NCBI GenBank assembly: GCA_950097015.1
Contig: CATNEN010000038.1
Span: 17,050,001 to 17,114,000, forward strand
DNA from: Macrostomum hystrix
Lineage: Eukaryota; Animalia; Platyhelminthes
DNA length: 64,000 nt
Direction of reading: 5' to 3'
Each line of letters starts with the position of its first letter. Position 1 is the stretch's first letter. The notes under the pieces were generated by a model, which was not told where the DNA came from, did not search any database, and worked only from the letters and a program-made list of their open reading frames with translations. Both the position numbers and the translations under genes were made by a program. Of the stretch, positions 23,601 through 35,669 are shown in pieces.

Positions 23601-25590
23601 CGATAAAAATGTAAGTTGTCGAAAATTTTGACTGGATTGTCAGTTGTCGAAAGACTCGATGGGATTGTCAGTTGTCGAAAGACTCGATAACAATGTCAGT
23701 TGTCGAAAGACTCGATGGGATTTTCAGCTGTCGAAAGTCTTGATGGGATTGTAAGTTGTCGAAACACTCGATGGGATTGCCAGGTGTCGAAAGACTCGAT
23801 AATAATGTCAGTTGTCGAAGGACTGGATGGGATTGGCAGTTGTCGAAAGACTCGATGGGATTGTCAGTTGTCGAAAGACTCGGTAATAATGTCAGTTGTC
23901 GAAAGACTAGATAAGAATGTCAGTTGTCGAAAGACTCGATGAGATTGCCAGTGGTTGAAAGACTCGATGAGATCATAAGATGTCGAAAGACTCAATTGCG
24001 TTTTCAGTTGTCGAAAAACTCGATTGCATTTTCAGTTGTCGAAAAACTCGATGGGATTATCAGTTTTCGAAAAACTCGATGGGATTATCAGTTGTCGAAA
24101 AACTCGATGGGATTATCAGTTGTCGAAAAGCTCGATGGGATTGCCAGTTGTTGAAAAACTCGATGGGATTGCCAGTTGTTGAAAAACTCGATGGGATTGC
24201 CAGTTGTTGAAAAACTCGATGGGATTGCCAGTTGTTGAAAAACTCGATGGGATTGCCAGTTGTTGAAAAACTCGATGGGATTGCCAGTTGTTGAAAAACT
24301 CGATGGGATTGCCAGTTGTTGAAAAACTCGATGGGATTTTAAGCTGTCAAAAGACTCGATAAAAATGTAAGTTGTCGAAAATTTTGATTGGATTGTCAGT
24401 TGTCGAAAGACTCGATTGTGGATTGCTATAGCTGTCGAGAGACAGATCGGATTGTAGGTTGTGTTGTCGAAAGACGGAAGGTATTTATCCAGTTGTTTAG
24501 TGACTATTCATTTGTCTGAACTGCCCCAAATGTCGAAAGACCCGAGGGTGCTTCTAATTGTCGATACTTCGAATGTAACAAAGACTATATACGAATGTAC
24601 AATCGAGTACAGTCATACTTGACCACTCTGAATCTTTGCTTAAATGGTTTGCCAATTCGGCGTTAACAATAGAGGGTATTTAAAATACTCACATCGATTT
24701 TTTTCTCATGTATCTCCGAAAAAATTCAACCAATCGCCATGAAAATGCAGAACAAAGACTAAAATCTCCCGTACAACTACGAAGAAACAACTTCCAGAAT
24801 CACAGAACATCGACATCGTCCAGATATTCGTCGGTTATTGTCGGGGTTGCTGGCGAAAACCACCAGAGTAGGCTCAACTTTTCTGTTCTCATAATTTCAT
24901 AATGTAATGAAATCGGCTACTATTGTTGATAGTAGCTAGTATAGTAGAGAAGGCTTGGGGGCTTGTCGTGCAAGTTACGCCCTTGAGGGCCAACCTCTAA
25001 GGCACAGTAAGAGTGTACACTGCCTGACGATGAGAAAGTCAGGGCAGGTGTACACACCTGAGTGCGTGTGTGCTCAGGAGTCAGCGAAATGGGCAGAATT
25101 GCCTCCTCGCTGGCTGCGGGTTTAGTGTCACCAAATGATGTGCCATTACCTGCAGCCCTCCTGCAATTTTTATAATTGTTATTACCGGGCAATGTTTGGT
25201 AACTTTTTCACCGGATCTTCGATAAGAATCGCTGAAATATCTCGACGATGCTGATGTCGGGGCAGCTTTGAAAGTGAATTCATCGTAAAGGACGGAAAAT
25301 TTTGATCCATTCGTTGGGATTTCACGAAAATCGGTCATTCTGTTTGGGAGCGATCGTCGGCATTGGGTATTTGAAATGCTCCGTGGTCTTTCCCAGGCTA
25401 ATTACTAGCAAAAAACTGCAATATAATAAATACAGTGTGCTCACAATCTCGGATCGATCTCATCATTCGCCTGCAGGCTGTCCGTATAGCCAGCTCCGGA
25501 CTCCGACATCGGGTGGGCCGACGGAGCGGCTGCGGTGCTGCAGGCCAGTGCAAACAGGCAGAAGCCAAAGATCGCTAGTCTCGAAGACAT
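20681..25590 (-). CDS. Neuropeptide precursor B, 97 aa, predicted amidated 31-mer ...TQRIRM-NH2 (NPY/NPF-like gene structure)
   Basis: Exons 25590-25445 (MSSRLAIFGFCLFALACSTAAAP...DEIDPR), 22043-21906 (LSYDYNDFVRNLLLRKR/TSAGSFDAARLLARLADYKAKNDFLTQRI) and 20690-20681 (R-M-G-stop). Both introns are phase 2 and GT-AG; total 294 nt. Signal peptide, KR cleavage site, terminal Gly, and AATAAA on the minus strand at 20490-20485. Confidence 0.8.
20750..21885. repeat. 38-bp minisatellite (~30 copies) in precursor B intron
   Basis: Unit GACTAGCAATCCATT(A/C)TATTCTTTGATCCATGGGAATA. Confidence 0.97.
22312..22905. repeat. 38-bp minisatellite related to 20750-21885
   Basis: Unit GACTA(G/C)CAATCCATTCTATTCCTCTATCAATGCTAATA; shares ATAGACTAGCAATCCATTCTATTC with the other array. 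Confidence 0.96.
23400..24470. repeat. 28-bp diverged minisatellite
   Basis: Unit CAGTTGTCGAAAGACTCGATGGGATTGT; homogeneous sub-block at 24140-24335. Confidence 0.94.
24946..25196 (+). mobile_element. SINE family 1, 5'-truncated copy
   Basis: Body GAAGGCTTGGGGGCTTGTCGTGC...CAGCCCTCCTGCAAT matches the other copies. Confidence 0.88.
25220..25390 (+). repeat. Dispersed non-coding repeat (also 22221-22307 + and 40790-40955 -), unclassified
   Basis: Shared motifs ATATCTCGACGATGCTGA(C/T)GTC...TTCATCGTAAA...GAAAATTT.GATCC and TTCACGAAAATCGGTCATTC.GTTTGGGAGC in three loci, in two orientations. Confidence 0.7.
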
Positions 25591-25678
25591 GTCCAACTGT
25601 AAAACGTGGATCGCTGAGAAGATGATGAGAACATACGAGAGGGTACAATAAACTCATTCCATTAACTTACCAACTTAC

Positions 25679-25930
25679 CTAGTTGTGAGTATTTTTTGCA
25701 AAAAGGGGTGATGCTTGTGGCGTGTTGTTTAGTCGATCAAGGCAGGCAAGCGGTAGTGCTTTTTTGAGACTGTTCTCAGCTTTTATACAGTTATAAAAAA
25801 ATGATGACCCGCTTCGATGCTCGCTCAAGCTCATTTGATGGCGTCTGTTTTCACGGTGACTCACTCTGCATTGGCTGATTGACTGAAACAGCCGCCACTG
25901 GAGCCACATTATCCCCCATGACAGCCAATC
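25679..25930 (-). promoter_or_regulatory. Putative promoter and 5'UTR exon of neuropeptide precursor B
   Basis: Minus-strand TATAAAA at 25787-25781, TGACTCA at 25856-25862 and CCAAT motifs near 25869 and 25925. A donor AG|GTAAGT at 25678 and an acceptor TTTTACAG just upstream of the ATG define a short 5'UTR intron. Confidence 0.5.
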
Positions 25931-26241
25931 TACGAGGCAGTTAACTCAATAAAGTAGCAGTTATTAGTGCTTCTTTTCATCAACTCGATTGCTGAGAAAC
26001 TGCTGAGAAATTGTTGAGATTTCTGAAATTCCCGTGAGAGAGAGATCATTGTAGCTTCGAAATGAGAACACATCACTCTTCTTCGGCGCTTGAATATAAG
26101 AGAAAATTAAATTGACATCTTCAAGCCTTATAAGGCTATAAACAGCTGAGGACACGTTTCCGATTTCGAAGGAAATCTTCAAGGAAATTAAACTAGCCGT
26201 GGTTTTGTTAGATTTTACCTGTTTTTTACAATGATCTATTT

Positions 26242-26556
26242 AACATTGCTCGGTAATAACAATTATAAAAATTGCAGGACGGCTGCGGGCAATGGCACAT
26301 CATTTGGTGACACTAGACCCGCAGCCAGCGAGGAGGCAATTCTGCCCATTTCGCTGACTCCTGAGCACACACGCACACAGATACTGTACGCAGGCACACG
26401 CTCACACAGGTGTGTACATCTGCCCTGACTTTCTCATCGTCAGGCAGTGTACACTCTCACTGTGCCTTGGAGGTTGGCCCTCAGGGCGTAACTTGCACGA
26501 CAAGCCCCCAAGCCTTCTCTCCGCGGCTGCGCCCCCAAAAAATATGGCCTCGCCAC
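26242..26556 (-). mobile_element. SINE family 1 copy lacking most of the tRNA head
   Basis: Near-identical to 4441-4713; inverted relative to the copy at 24946. Confidence 0.9.
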
Positions 26557-26936
26557 TTTTTGCAATTCATCTTGAAATTAGAAAGTAGCAAAACAATCGT
26601 GATGTCATGACTGAACAGACTAGGTAACCATATTCAAGACACACCTTTCACCATTCCATGTTAACTGGCTCTACACAGTATCGACAAGATCTTAAAAAAT
26701 AAATTAAACTGATACACTTTTCGATATTCGAATCGGGAATCTGTTCTCAAGCTTTTGTTAATGTGTTTACTCTAGTTTCAGTCTTGGATAAAATGCTGTT
26801 AATTCATGCGCCTTCATGACACAGCAGAAGTGGAATTATAGAAAGAAGGTAAATAGGAAAAACTTATTCGGCAACAAAATGGAAATAGGCTACAGACTCG
26901 CAAAGATGATTAAAAAGAGAAAGGGACATGGATAGA

Positions 26937-27130
26937 GGAACAGAGATAGAGACAGAGACAGGGACAGGGACAGAGACAGGGACAGGGACAGGGACAGAGA
27001 CTGGGACAGGGACAGGGACAGGGACAGAGACAGGGACAGGAACAGAGATAGGGACAGAGACAGGGACAGGGACAGAGACAGGGACAGGGACAGGGACAGA
27101 GACAGGGACAGGGACAGGGACAGGGACAGA

Positions 27131-27171
<41 letters not shown>

Positions 27172-27172
27172 A

Positions 27173-27231
<59 letters not shown>

Positions 27232-27526
27232 AGACAGGGACAGAGACAGAGACAGAGACAGGGACAGGGACAGGGACAGAGACAGGGACAGGGACAGAGA
27301 CAGAGACAGAGACAGGGACAGGGACAGAGACAGGGACAGGGACAGGGACAGGGACAGAGACAGGGACAGAGACAGGGACAGGGACAGAGACAGGGACAGG
27401 GACAGGGACAGGGACAGAGACAGGGACAGGGACAGAGACAGGGACAGAGACAGAGACAGAGACAGAGACAGAGACAGGGACAGGGACAGGGACAGAGACA
27501 GGGACAGGGACAGAGACAGAGACAGA

Positions 27527-27591
<65 letters not shown>

Positions 27592-27592
27592 A

Positions 27593-27633
<41 letters not shown>

Positions 27634-27690
27634 AGACAGGGACAGAGACAGGTACAGGGACAGGGACAGAGACGGAGACAGAGACAGGGC
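26937..27690. repeat. (GACAGG/GACAGA)n hexamer microsatellite
   Basis: Directly visible; source of the SL/CP/TG ORFs. Confidence 0.98.
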
Positions 27691-28030
27691 CAAATGATGT
27701 GCAATTGCATAGAGCTAAAAATCATGTCACATTATTAATGAGACAAGACCCGAAGCGTCTACAGACGTCCATTCGTTAATCATTACAAGATCAACGCATA
27801 TGTATAAAGCTTGACAGACCGATTTTAAAAGAGCACTCCAAGAAACACGAGCGAAGATTGAATCCGACAATTTATGATTTCACAACTTTGCTTAGAATTA
27901 TAACGAAAAAAATGATATTTAGAATTAGCTTGTGATTTAATATCGTTTGATTTCTAATTTAATTTCAATCACAATGTGTGTCGCTTTGCATCTGAAGTGC
28001 TTGAGATGTTTTATCTGAGGTGTCGAGACA

Positions 28031-28032
<2 letters not shown>

Positions 28033-28076
<44 letters not shown>
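28033..28076. repeat. (GCT)n microsatellite, ~15 units
   Basis: Directly visible. Confidence 0.95.
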
Positions 28077-28314
28077 AAAAATGTGGGTGCCGAGAATTTT
28101 TCCAAGCGATGAAAAAGGTTGCTGTATTATCAAATGATTTATTTCACATCAATTGTCGCCTGTCTATAGACGTGTGAAAAAAATGTTTATGCGTTTTCGA
28201 CACTGTAGCAGATCGATAAATTTCTAATATAATATTCTTGCTGTTGAATTGGTTAAAAGGGTAAATTGCTAGATTATTATTCGGAAAATTACATTCTGTA
28301 GTCATCGGTTGAAT

Positions 28315-30724
28315 AGGTTTGTTAGCTGTTAGATAGGTAATTGTTAGCTGTTAGATAGGTAATTGTCAGCTGTTAGATAGGTAATTGTCAGCTGTTAGAT
28401 AGGTAATTGTTAGCTGTTAGATAGGCAATTGTCAGCTGTTAGATAGGTAATTGTTAGCTGTTAGATAGGTAATTGTCAGCTGTTAGATAGGTAATTGTTA
28501 GCTGTTAGATAGGTAATTGTTAGCTGTTAGATAGGTAATTGTTAGCTGTTAGATAGGTAATTGTTAGCTGTTAGATAGGCAATTGTTAGCTGTTAGATAG
28601 GTAATTGTTAGCTGTTAGATAGGTAATTGTTAGCTGTTAGATAGGTAATTGTTAGCTGTTAGATAGGTAATTGTTAGCTGTTAGATAGGTAATTGTTAGC
28701 TGTTAGATAGGTAATTGTTAGCTGTTAGATAGGTAATTGTTAGCTGTTAGATAGGTAATTGTTAGCTGTTAGATAGGTAATTGTTAGCTGTTAGATAGGT
28801 AATTGTTAGCTGTTAGATAGGTAATTGTCAGCTGTTAGATAGGTAATTGTTAGCTGTTAGATAGGTAATTGTTAGCTGTTAGATAGGTAATTGTTAGCTG
28901 TTAGATAGGTAATTGTTAGCTGTTAGATAGGTAATTGTTAGCTGTTAGATAGGTAATTGTCAGCTGTTAGATAGGTAATTGTCAGCTGTTAGATAGGTAA
29001 TTGTCAGCTGTTAGATAGGTAATTGTGAGCTGGTAGATAGGTAATTGTTAGCTGTTAGATAGGTAATTGTCAGCTGTTAGATAGGTAATTGTCAGCTGTT
29101 AGATAGGTAATTGTCAGCTGTTAGATAGGTAATTGTTAGCTGTTAGATAGGTAATTGTTAGCTGTTAGATAGGTAGTTGTTAGCTGTTAGATAGGCAATT
29201 GTTAGCTGTTAGATAGGTAATTGTTAGCTGTTATATAGGTAATTGTCAGCTGTTAGATAGGTAATTGTTAGCTGTTAGATAGGTAATTGTTAGCTGTTAG
29301 ATAGGTAATTGTTAGCTGTTAGATAGGTAATTGTCAGCTGTTAGATAGGTTTGTCAGCTGTTAGATAGGTAATTGTTAGCTGTTAGATAGGTTTGTTAGC
29401 TGTTAGATAGGTAATTGTTAGCTGTTATATAGGTAATTGTCAGCTGTTAGATAGGTAATTGTTAGCTGTTAGATAGGTAATTGTTAGCTGTTAGATAGGT
29501 AATTGTTAGCTGTTAGATAGGTAATTGTCAGCTGTTAGATAGGTTTGTCAGCTGTTAGATAGGTAATTGTTAGCTGTTAGATAGGTTTGTTAGCTGTTAG
29601 ATAGGTAATTGTTAGCTGTTATATAGGTAATTGTCAGCTGTTAGATAGGTAATTGTTAGCTGTTAGATAGGTAATTGTTAGCTGTTATATAGGTAATTGT
29701 CAGCTGTTAGATAGGTAATTGTTAGCTGTTAGATAGGTAATTGTTAGCTGTTAGATAGGTAATTGTTAGCTGTTAGATAGGTAATTGTTAGCTGTTAGAT
29801 AGGTAATTGTTAGCTGTTAGATAGGTAATTGTTAGCTGTTAGATAGGTAATTGTCAGCTGTTAGATAGGTAATTGTTAGCTGTTAGATAGGTAATTGTTA
29901 GCTGTTATATAGGTAATTGTCAGCTGTTAGATAGGTAATTGTTAGCTGTTAGATAGGTTTGTTAGCTGTTAGATAGGTAATTGTTAGCTGTTATATAGGT
30001 AATTGTCAGCTGTTAGATAGGTAATTGTTAGCTGTTAGATAGGTAATTGTTAGCTGTTAGATAGGTAATTGTTAGCTGTTAGATAGGTAATTGTCAGCTG
30101 TTAGATAGGTTTGTCAGCTGTTAGATAGGTAATTGTTAGCTGTTAGATAGGTTTGTTAGCTGTTAGATAGGTAATTGTTAGCTGTTATATAGGTAATTGT
30201 CAGCTGTTAGATAGGTAATTGTTAGCTGTTAGATAGGTAATTGTTAGCTGTTATATAGGTAATTGTCAGCTGTTAGATAGGTAATTGTTAGCTGTTAGAT
30301 AGGTAATTGTTAGCTGTTAGATAGGTAATTGTTAGCTGTTAGATAGGTAATTGTTAGCTGTTAGATAGGTAATTGTTAGCTGTTAGATAGGTAATTGTTA
30401 GCTGTTAGATAGGTAATTGTCAGCTGTTAGATAGGTAATTGTTAGCTGTTAGATAGGTAATTGTTAGCTGTTATATAGGTAATTGTCAGCTGTTAGATAG
30501 GTAATTGTTAGCTGTTAGATAGGTAATTGTTAGCTGTTAGATAGGTAATTGTTAGCTGTTAGATAGGTAATTGTTAGCTGTTAGATAGGTAATTGTCAGC
30601 TGTTAGATAGGTTTGTCAGCTGTTAGATAGGTAATTGTTAGCTGTTAGATAGGTTTGTTAGCTGTTAGATAGGTTTGTTAGCTGTTAGATAGGTTTGTTA
30701 ACTGTTAGATAGGTAATTGTTAGA
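28315..30724. repeat. 22-bp minisatellite (~110 copies)
   Basis: Unit GT(T/C)AGCTGTTAGATAGGTAATT, with recurring 20-bp deletion variants. Confidence 0.98.
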
Positions 30725-30784
30725 TTTTGCTTTTTGAAATTTCCCCAGTCGCATCAACCCTTTGCGTGTTTTTCTACAGCTAAG

Positions 30785-30816
30785 CAAGGACAACTTAAGT
30801 TATTAAGTTGTCCTTG
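30785..30816. mobile_element. 32-bp TIR-only mini-transposon with 8-bp target-site duplication
   Basis: CAGCTAAG [CAAGGACAACTTAA GTTA TTAAGTTGTCCTTG] CAGCTAAG: perfect 14-bp TIRs and a perfect 8-bp direct repeat (30777-30784, 30817-30824). Confidence 0.8.
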
Positions 30817-31299
30817 CAGCTAAGTTTGAAATGTCATATTACGCCAATTTTTAAAACCAATCACTGCATCCCTAATTTCCTTGATGCGCTTATGCGGAGA
30901 TTAAGCTATATGATTTCTTTATTAAACTATCTAAAATGGTAGGGTGACATTGATGGACAGATAAAAGCGTCTCGCACAGTTAATTAGCTGAGAACTTACT
31001 GAGTCTCATCTGTCACGCATTCAAATTTCAAGGCCAGCAGCTTGAACGATTTCAAATTAAAATGGGCACAATTAGTTTTTACTCGTGAAACTATGAGACA
31101 GCTTAGGTGAGTATGACGCAGATATCTGAAGTCGAGAGATCAGATCTCATCTTGTCCTGGCCACACCCTGTTGAGGCTTTGTGGTTGGGACCAGGGCCCC
31201 GCGCCAAGGAGAAATTTCCCGGATAAAAGCAATTATATCCCGAAAAAATCTTGCTTGGCATAACCTGCTCCCTTTACACTGCCCCCTTCAACCTAATCC

Positions 31300-31690
31300 C
31301 TTCCCCCTTAATCCTGATCACTTCACCCTGTTCCCTTCACCCTGCTCCCTTCACCCTGCTTCCTTCACAATGCTACCTTCACACTGCTCCCTTCATCCTG
31401 CTCCCTTCATCCTGCTCCCTAAAATCTTCTTGCTTCATCCTGGTCCCTTCACCCTGCTCCCTTCACCCTGCTCCCTTCACCCTGCTCAATTCACAATGCT
31501 CCCTTCACAATGCTACCTTCACACTGCTCCCTTCACCCTGCTCCCTTCACCTTGTTTGCTTCACCCTGCTCAATTCAAAATGCTCCCTTCACAATGTTCC
31601 CTTCATCCTGGTCCCTAAAACCATTTCTCTTCATCCTGCTCCCTTCACCCTGCTCCTTTCACCTTGCTCCCCTCACATTGCTCCCTTCAA
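31300..31690. repeat. 14-bp diverged pyrimidine-rich minisatellite
   Basis: Unit CTTCACCCTGCTCC. Confidence 0.9.
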
Positions 31691-32810
31691 CAGACACTCT
31701 AGATGACTGTTAGACACTCTAGATGACTGTTAGACACTCTAGATGACTGTTAGACACTCTAGATGACTGTTAGACACTCTAGATATGACTGTTAGATAGT
31801 GTAGATGAGTGTTAGACAGTGTAGATGACTGTTAGACAGTGTAGATGACTGTTAGACATTGTAGATGACTGTTAGACAGTGTAGATGACTGTTAGACAGT
31901 GTAGATGACTGTTAGACAGTGTAGATGAGTGTTAGACAGTGTAGATGACTGTTAGACAGTGTAGATGAGTGTTAGACAGTGTAGATGACTGTTAGACACT
32001 GTAGATGAGTGTTAGACAGTGTAGATGACTGTTAGACAGTGTAGATGACTGTTAGACAGTGTAGATAACTGTTAGACAGTGTAGATGAGTGTTAGACAGT
32101 GTAGATGACTGTTAGACAGTGTAGATGACTGTTAGACAGTGTAGATGAGTGTTAGACAGTGTAGATGACTGTTAGACAGTGTAGATGACTGTTAGACAGT
32201 GTAGATGACTGTTAGACAGTGTAGATGACTGTTAGACAGTGTAGATGAGTGTTAGACAGTGTAGATAACTGTTAGACAGTGTAAATGAGTGTTAGACAGT
32301 GTAGATGACTGTTAGACATTGTAGATGACTGTTAGACAGTGTAGATGAGTGTTAGACAGTGTAGATGACTGTTAGACAGTGTAGATGAGTGTTAGACAGT
32401 GTAGATGAGTGTTAGACAGTGTAGATGAGTGTTAGACAGTGTAGATGAGTGTTAGACAGTGTAGATGAGTGTTAGACAGTGTAGATAACTGTTAGACAGT
32501 GTAAATGACTGTTAGACAGTGTAGATGACTGTTAGACAGTGTAGATGACTGTTAGACAGTGTAGATGACTGTTAGACAGTGTAGATGACTGTTAGACAGT
32601 GTAGATGAGTGTTAGACAGTGTAGATAACTGTTAGACAGTGTAAATGAGTGTTAGACAGTGTAGATGACTGTTAGACAGTGTAGATGAGTGTTAGACATT
32701 GTAGATGACTGTTAGACAGTGTAGACGACTGTTAGACAGTGTAGATGAGTGTTAGACAGTGTAGATGACTGTTAGACAGTGTAGATGAGTGTTAGACACT
32801 AGAAATAACT
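31691..32810. repeat. 20-bp minisatellite (~55 copies)
   Basis: Unit GTTAGACAGTGTAGATGA(C/G)T. Confidence 0.98.
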
Positions 32811-33274
32811 AGTTTAGTAGCCAAAGAAATAATTAACAGGACATCCAAAAGCTAGCAAGCAAAATATGCGCATATAGAATTAGCTGTATAAGGAACAAAA
32901 ATTATTTTTTTTATTTGTTGAAAAAACTCTGAAGATTTATGATACAGATCATTGATTATTGGTATTTTTGTTAGCAAAATAGGGAATTGAACAATTTAAT
33001 GTGGAACTGCCAAGCGAAACAAGTTGTGAGCAAATTTTGGGGACAATTATAGAGGGCATATGAGACTTGAAGGAAATGTGTTGTATTTGATTTGTTTAAC
33101 TTCTCTATTCACAGTTTTGCATTGTTAAAGCAGCGTGTGTGAAATTAAAAGGAAAAATAATAAAAAACTAATATAAATCACTAACCATGATTAACACCGT
33201 AAAGGACAAAAGAGAGAGGTAAGGATAGATAAGAAAGGATTAGAGAACTGTTAGACAATTTTTAAATAAAGGTA

Positions 33275-33790
33275 AGAATGGGAAGACAAAGTGGAAGAAT
33301 GGGAGGATAAAGGGGAGAATGGGAAGATAAAGGGGAGAATGGGAAGATAAAGGGGAGAATGGGAAGATAAAGTGGAAGAATGGGAAGATAAAGGGGAAGA
33401 ATGGGAAGATAAAGGGGAAGAATGGGAAGATAAAGGGGAAGAATGGGAAGATAAATGGGAAGAATGGGAAGATAAAGGGGAAGAATGGGAAGATAAATGG
33501 AAAGAATGGGAAGATAAAGGGGAGAATGGGAAGATAAAGTGGAAGAATGGGAGGATGAAGGGAATATTGGGAAGATAAACGGGAAGAATGGGAAGATAAA
33601 TGGGAAGAATGGGAAGATAAATGGGAAGAATGGGAAGATAAAGGGGAAGAATGGGAAGATGATTAAGGAGGAGAACGGTAAAATGAAAGTGGAGAATGGG
33701 AAGATAAAGGGGAAGAATGTTAAAATGAAAGGGGAGAATGAGAAAATGATGGGGGAGAATAAGAAGATGAAGAGGGGAATGGGAAGATAA
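33275..33790. repeat. ~21-bp purine-rich minisatellite
   Basis: Unit GAATGGGAAGATAAAGGGGA(A). Confidence 0.93.
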
Positions 33791-34204
33791 ATCGAAGGAG
33801 GAATAAAGATCGGAACAAACAGTTTTTTTAATTTGGATAAAGAGTTGACAAAATTTAAAAGCAACACCTAGGCAAAATTAGCAACCAAAATTGAATGCTC
33901 ATTAACATGATGAAAATGAGCAGCATAACAAACGATGCAACAGATATTGCCAAATGGAAAGTGAAGCAAAACACTGTTTTCTTCAGCGGCATTTGAAAGA
34001 CAATTTAAAAACAAATAGTGTTATTTTAAAAAAACAACTTTCTTCTGTCTTATTTAATTATGTTGAAGATTAACATATGAAATAAAACGGGCAACAATTA
34101 CCTAAATCACCAGAAAAAAAGGAATCGATTATTTAAGGGTCACCTGGCACGTCTTATCGACTGCGATTCACTAAAATACCTTGAGGATAAATCTCTAAAT
34201 GGTG

Positions 34205-34700
34205 TCCAGTCTCATCCTTTTCTCTCTATGATCTAGTCTCATCCTTTTCTCTCTATGATCTAGTCTCATCCTTTTCTCTCTGTAATCTAGTCTCATCCTT
34301 TTCTCTCTATGATCTAGTCTCATCCATTTCTCTCTATAGTCTAGTCTCATCCATTTCTCTCTATAGTCTAGTCTCATCCATTTCTCTCTATGATCTAGTC
34401 TCATCCTTTTCTCTCTATAGTCTAGTCTCATCCATTTCTCTCTATAGTCTAGTCTCATCCATTTCTCTTTATAGTCTAGTCTCATCCATTTCTCTCTATA
34501 GTCTAGTCTCATCCATTTCTCTCTATAGTCTAGTCTCATCCATTTCTCTCTATAGTCTAGTCTCATCCATTTCTCTCTATAGTCTAGTCTCATGCATTTC
34601 TCTCTATGGTCTAGTCTCATCCATTTCTCTCTATAGTCTAGTCTCATCCATTTCTCTCTATAGTCTAGTCTCATCCATTTCTCGCTTTAGTCTAGTCTCA
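34205..34700. repeat. 27-bp minisatellite downstream of the GFRalpha-like stop
   Basis: Unit TAGTCTCATCCATTTCTCTCTATAGTC. Confidence 0.96.
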
Positions 34701-34803
34701 CAAATTGTCTAAATATCTGGGCATCCCTTCAACACAAAAAATTTCATTTAAATGACAATCACTGACTTTGCGAAGTTCTTAAAAACCCGTGTTGCCACGG
34801 TTG

Positions 34804-35669
34804 CTAATCAACGGTTGCCCTGGCAACCAGCAGACGCAGAGCAGCGGCAGCGGGCACGCAGGCGAAGGCGAGCGAGCCGACAGCCCTGACAGTTGCCGCC
34901 TCATTGGCTCCGAAGCCGTAGCCTCGTCTCTGGCCCAGCCAGTTAGAATCTATTCTGCCGCCGTCGGAAACCTGTGGCGGCTGCAGCTGCGGCGGCGGCT
35001 GCGGCGGCGGTGGCAGATAGCTGATGATGGCTGACCTCAGACTGGCCAACTGCGGCTCCAGTCGCACCTCTGGCAGTTGCCTAGCAACCAAAAGTTCCAG
35101 CAGTCGCAATTGGCGCAAACAAAAGTGCAACTGACGCCTGCCAAACTCCTCATTGGCGGTGTCGGCGTAGGAATAGACAGAATGGGATAGTTGCCCAGAC
35201 GATGGCAGGCTGAGCCTCAGTAGAACAGCTTCGCCGTTGGACGAGTTGGGAGTTGCGGGTGTCAGAGGGCACTCGTTCGCCACGTTCGGCATTGCGGTGC
35301 GTGCCAGCAACCGTCGCAATGCCAGGGCCCAGTTGTTGCCAGGCAAATTCGGCCTAGCAACGGCGAGGCCGAGGTAAAGACCGGGCGGAGAATCTTTCGC
35401 CGGCACGGGCGCCGACCAAACTTTGTCGGCGTCGATTGTCGCCGAGTCGGCGATGTCGTCCGCGTCGAGGCAGACTGTGCGACCGCCGACGCAGCGGCAG
35501 AGGCGAGTGTAGCCGTACTCGTAGCCGTTGACGCTGTCGGTGAAGTTACGCCGAAGGCGAAGCAACGGCGATGGCAGAGCTTGTCCGCCAACGGAGAAGC
35601 CGAAGCGACGGGCGAGGCCGCAGGCGTCGTTGTATGAAACCCCAGTTACTGGCTGATGAAGATCGGAGC
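34804..35669 (-). CDS. GFRalpha-like terminal exon (small Cys module, RECK-like C-terminal region, GPI signal)
   Basis: Acceptor CTCCCAG at 35670; open frame to TAG at 34804. Confidence 0.8.

Noticed and set aside
25025-25041. CTGACGA-tga-GAAA-GTC in the SINE1 body, with hammerhead core words in order
   Set aside because: No stem II or stem III; the bases are better explained as a simple hairpin (CTGAC/GTCAG).
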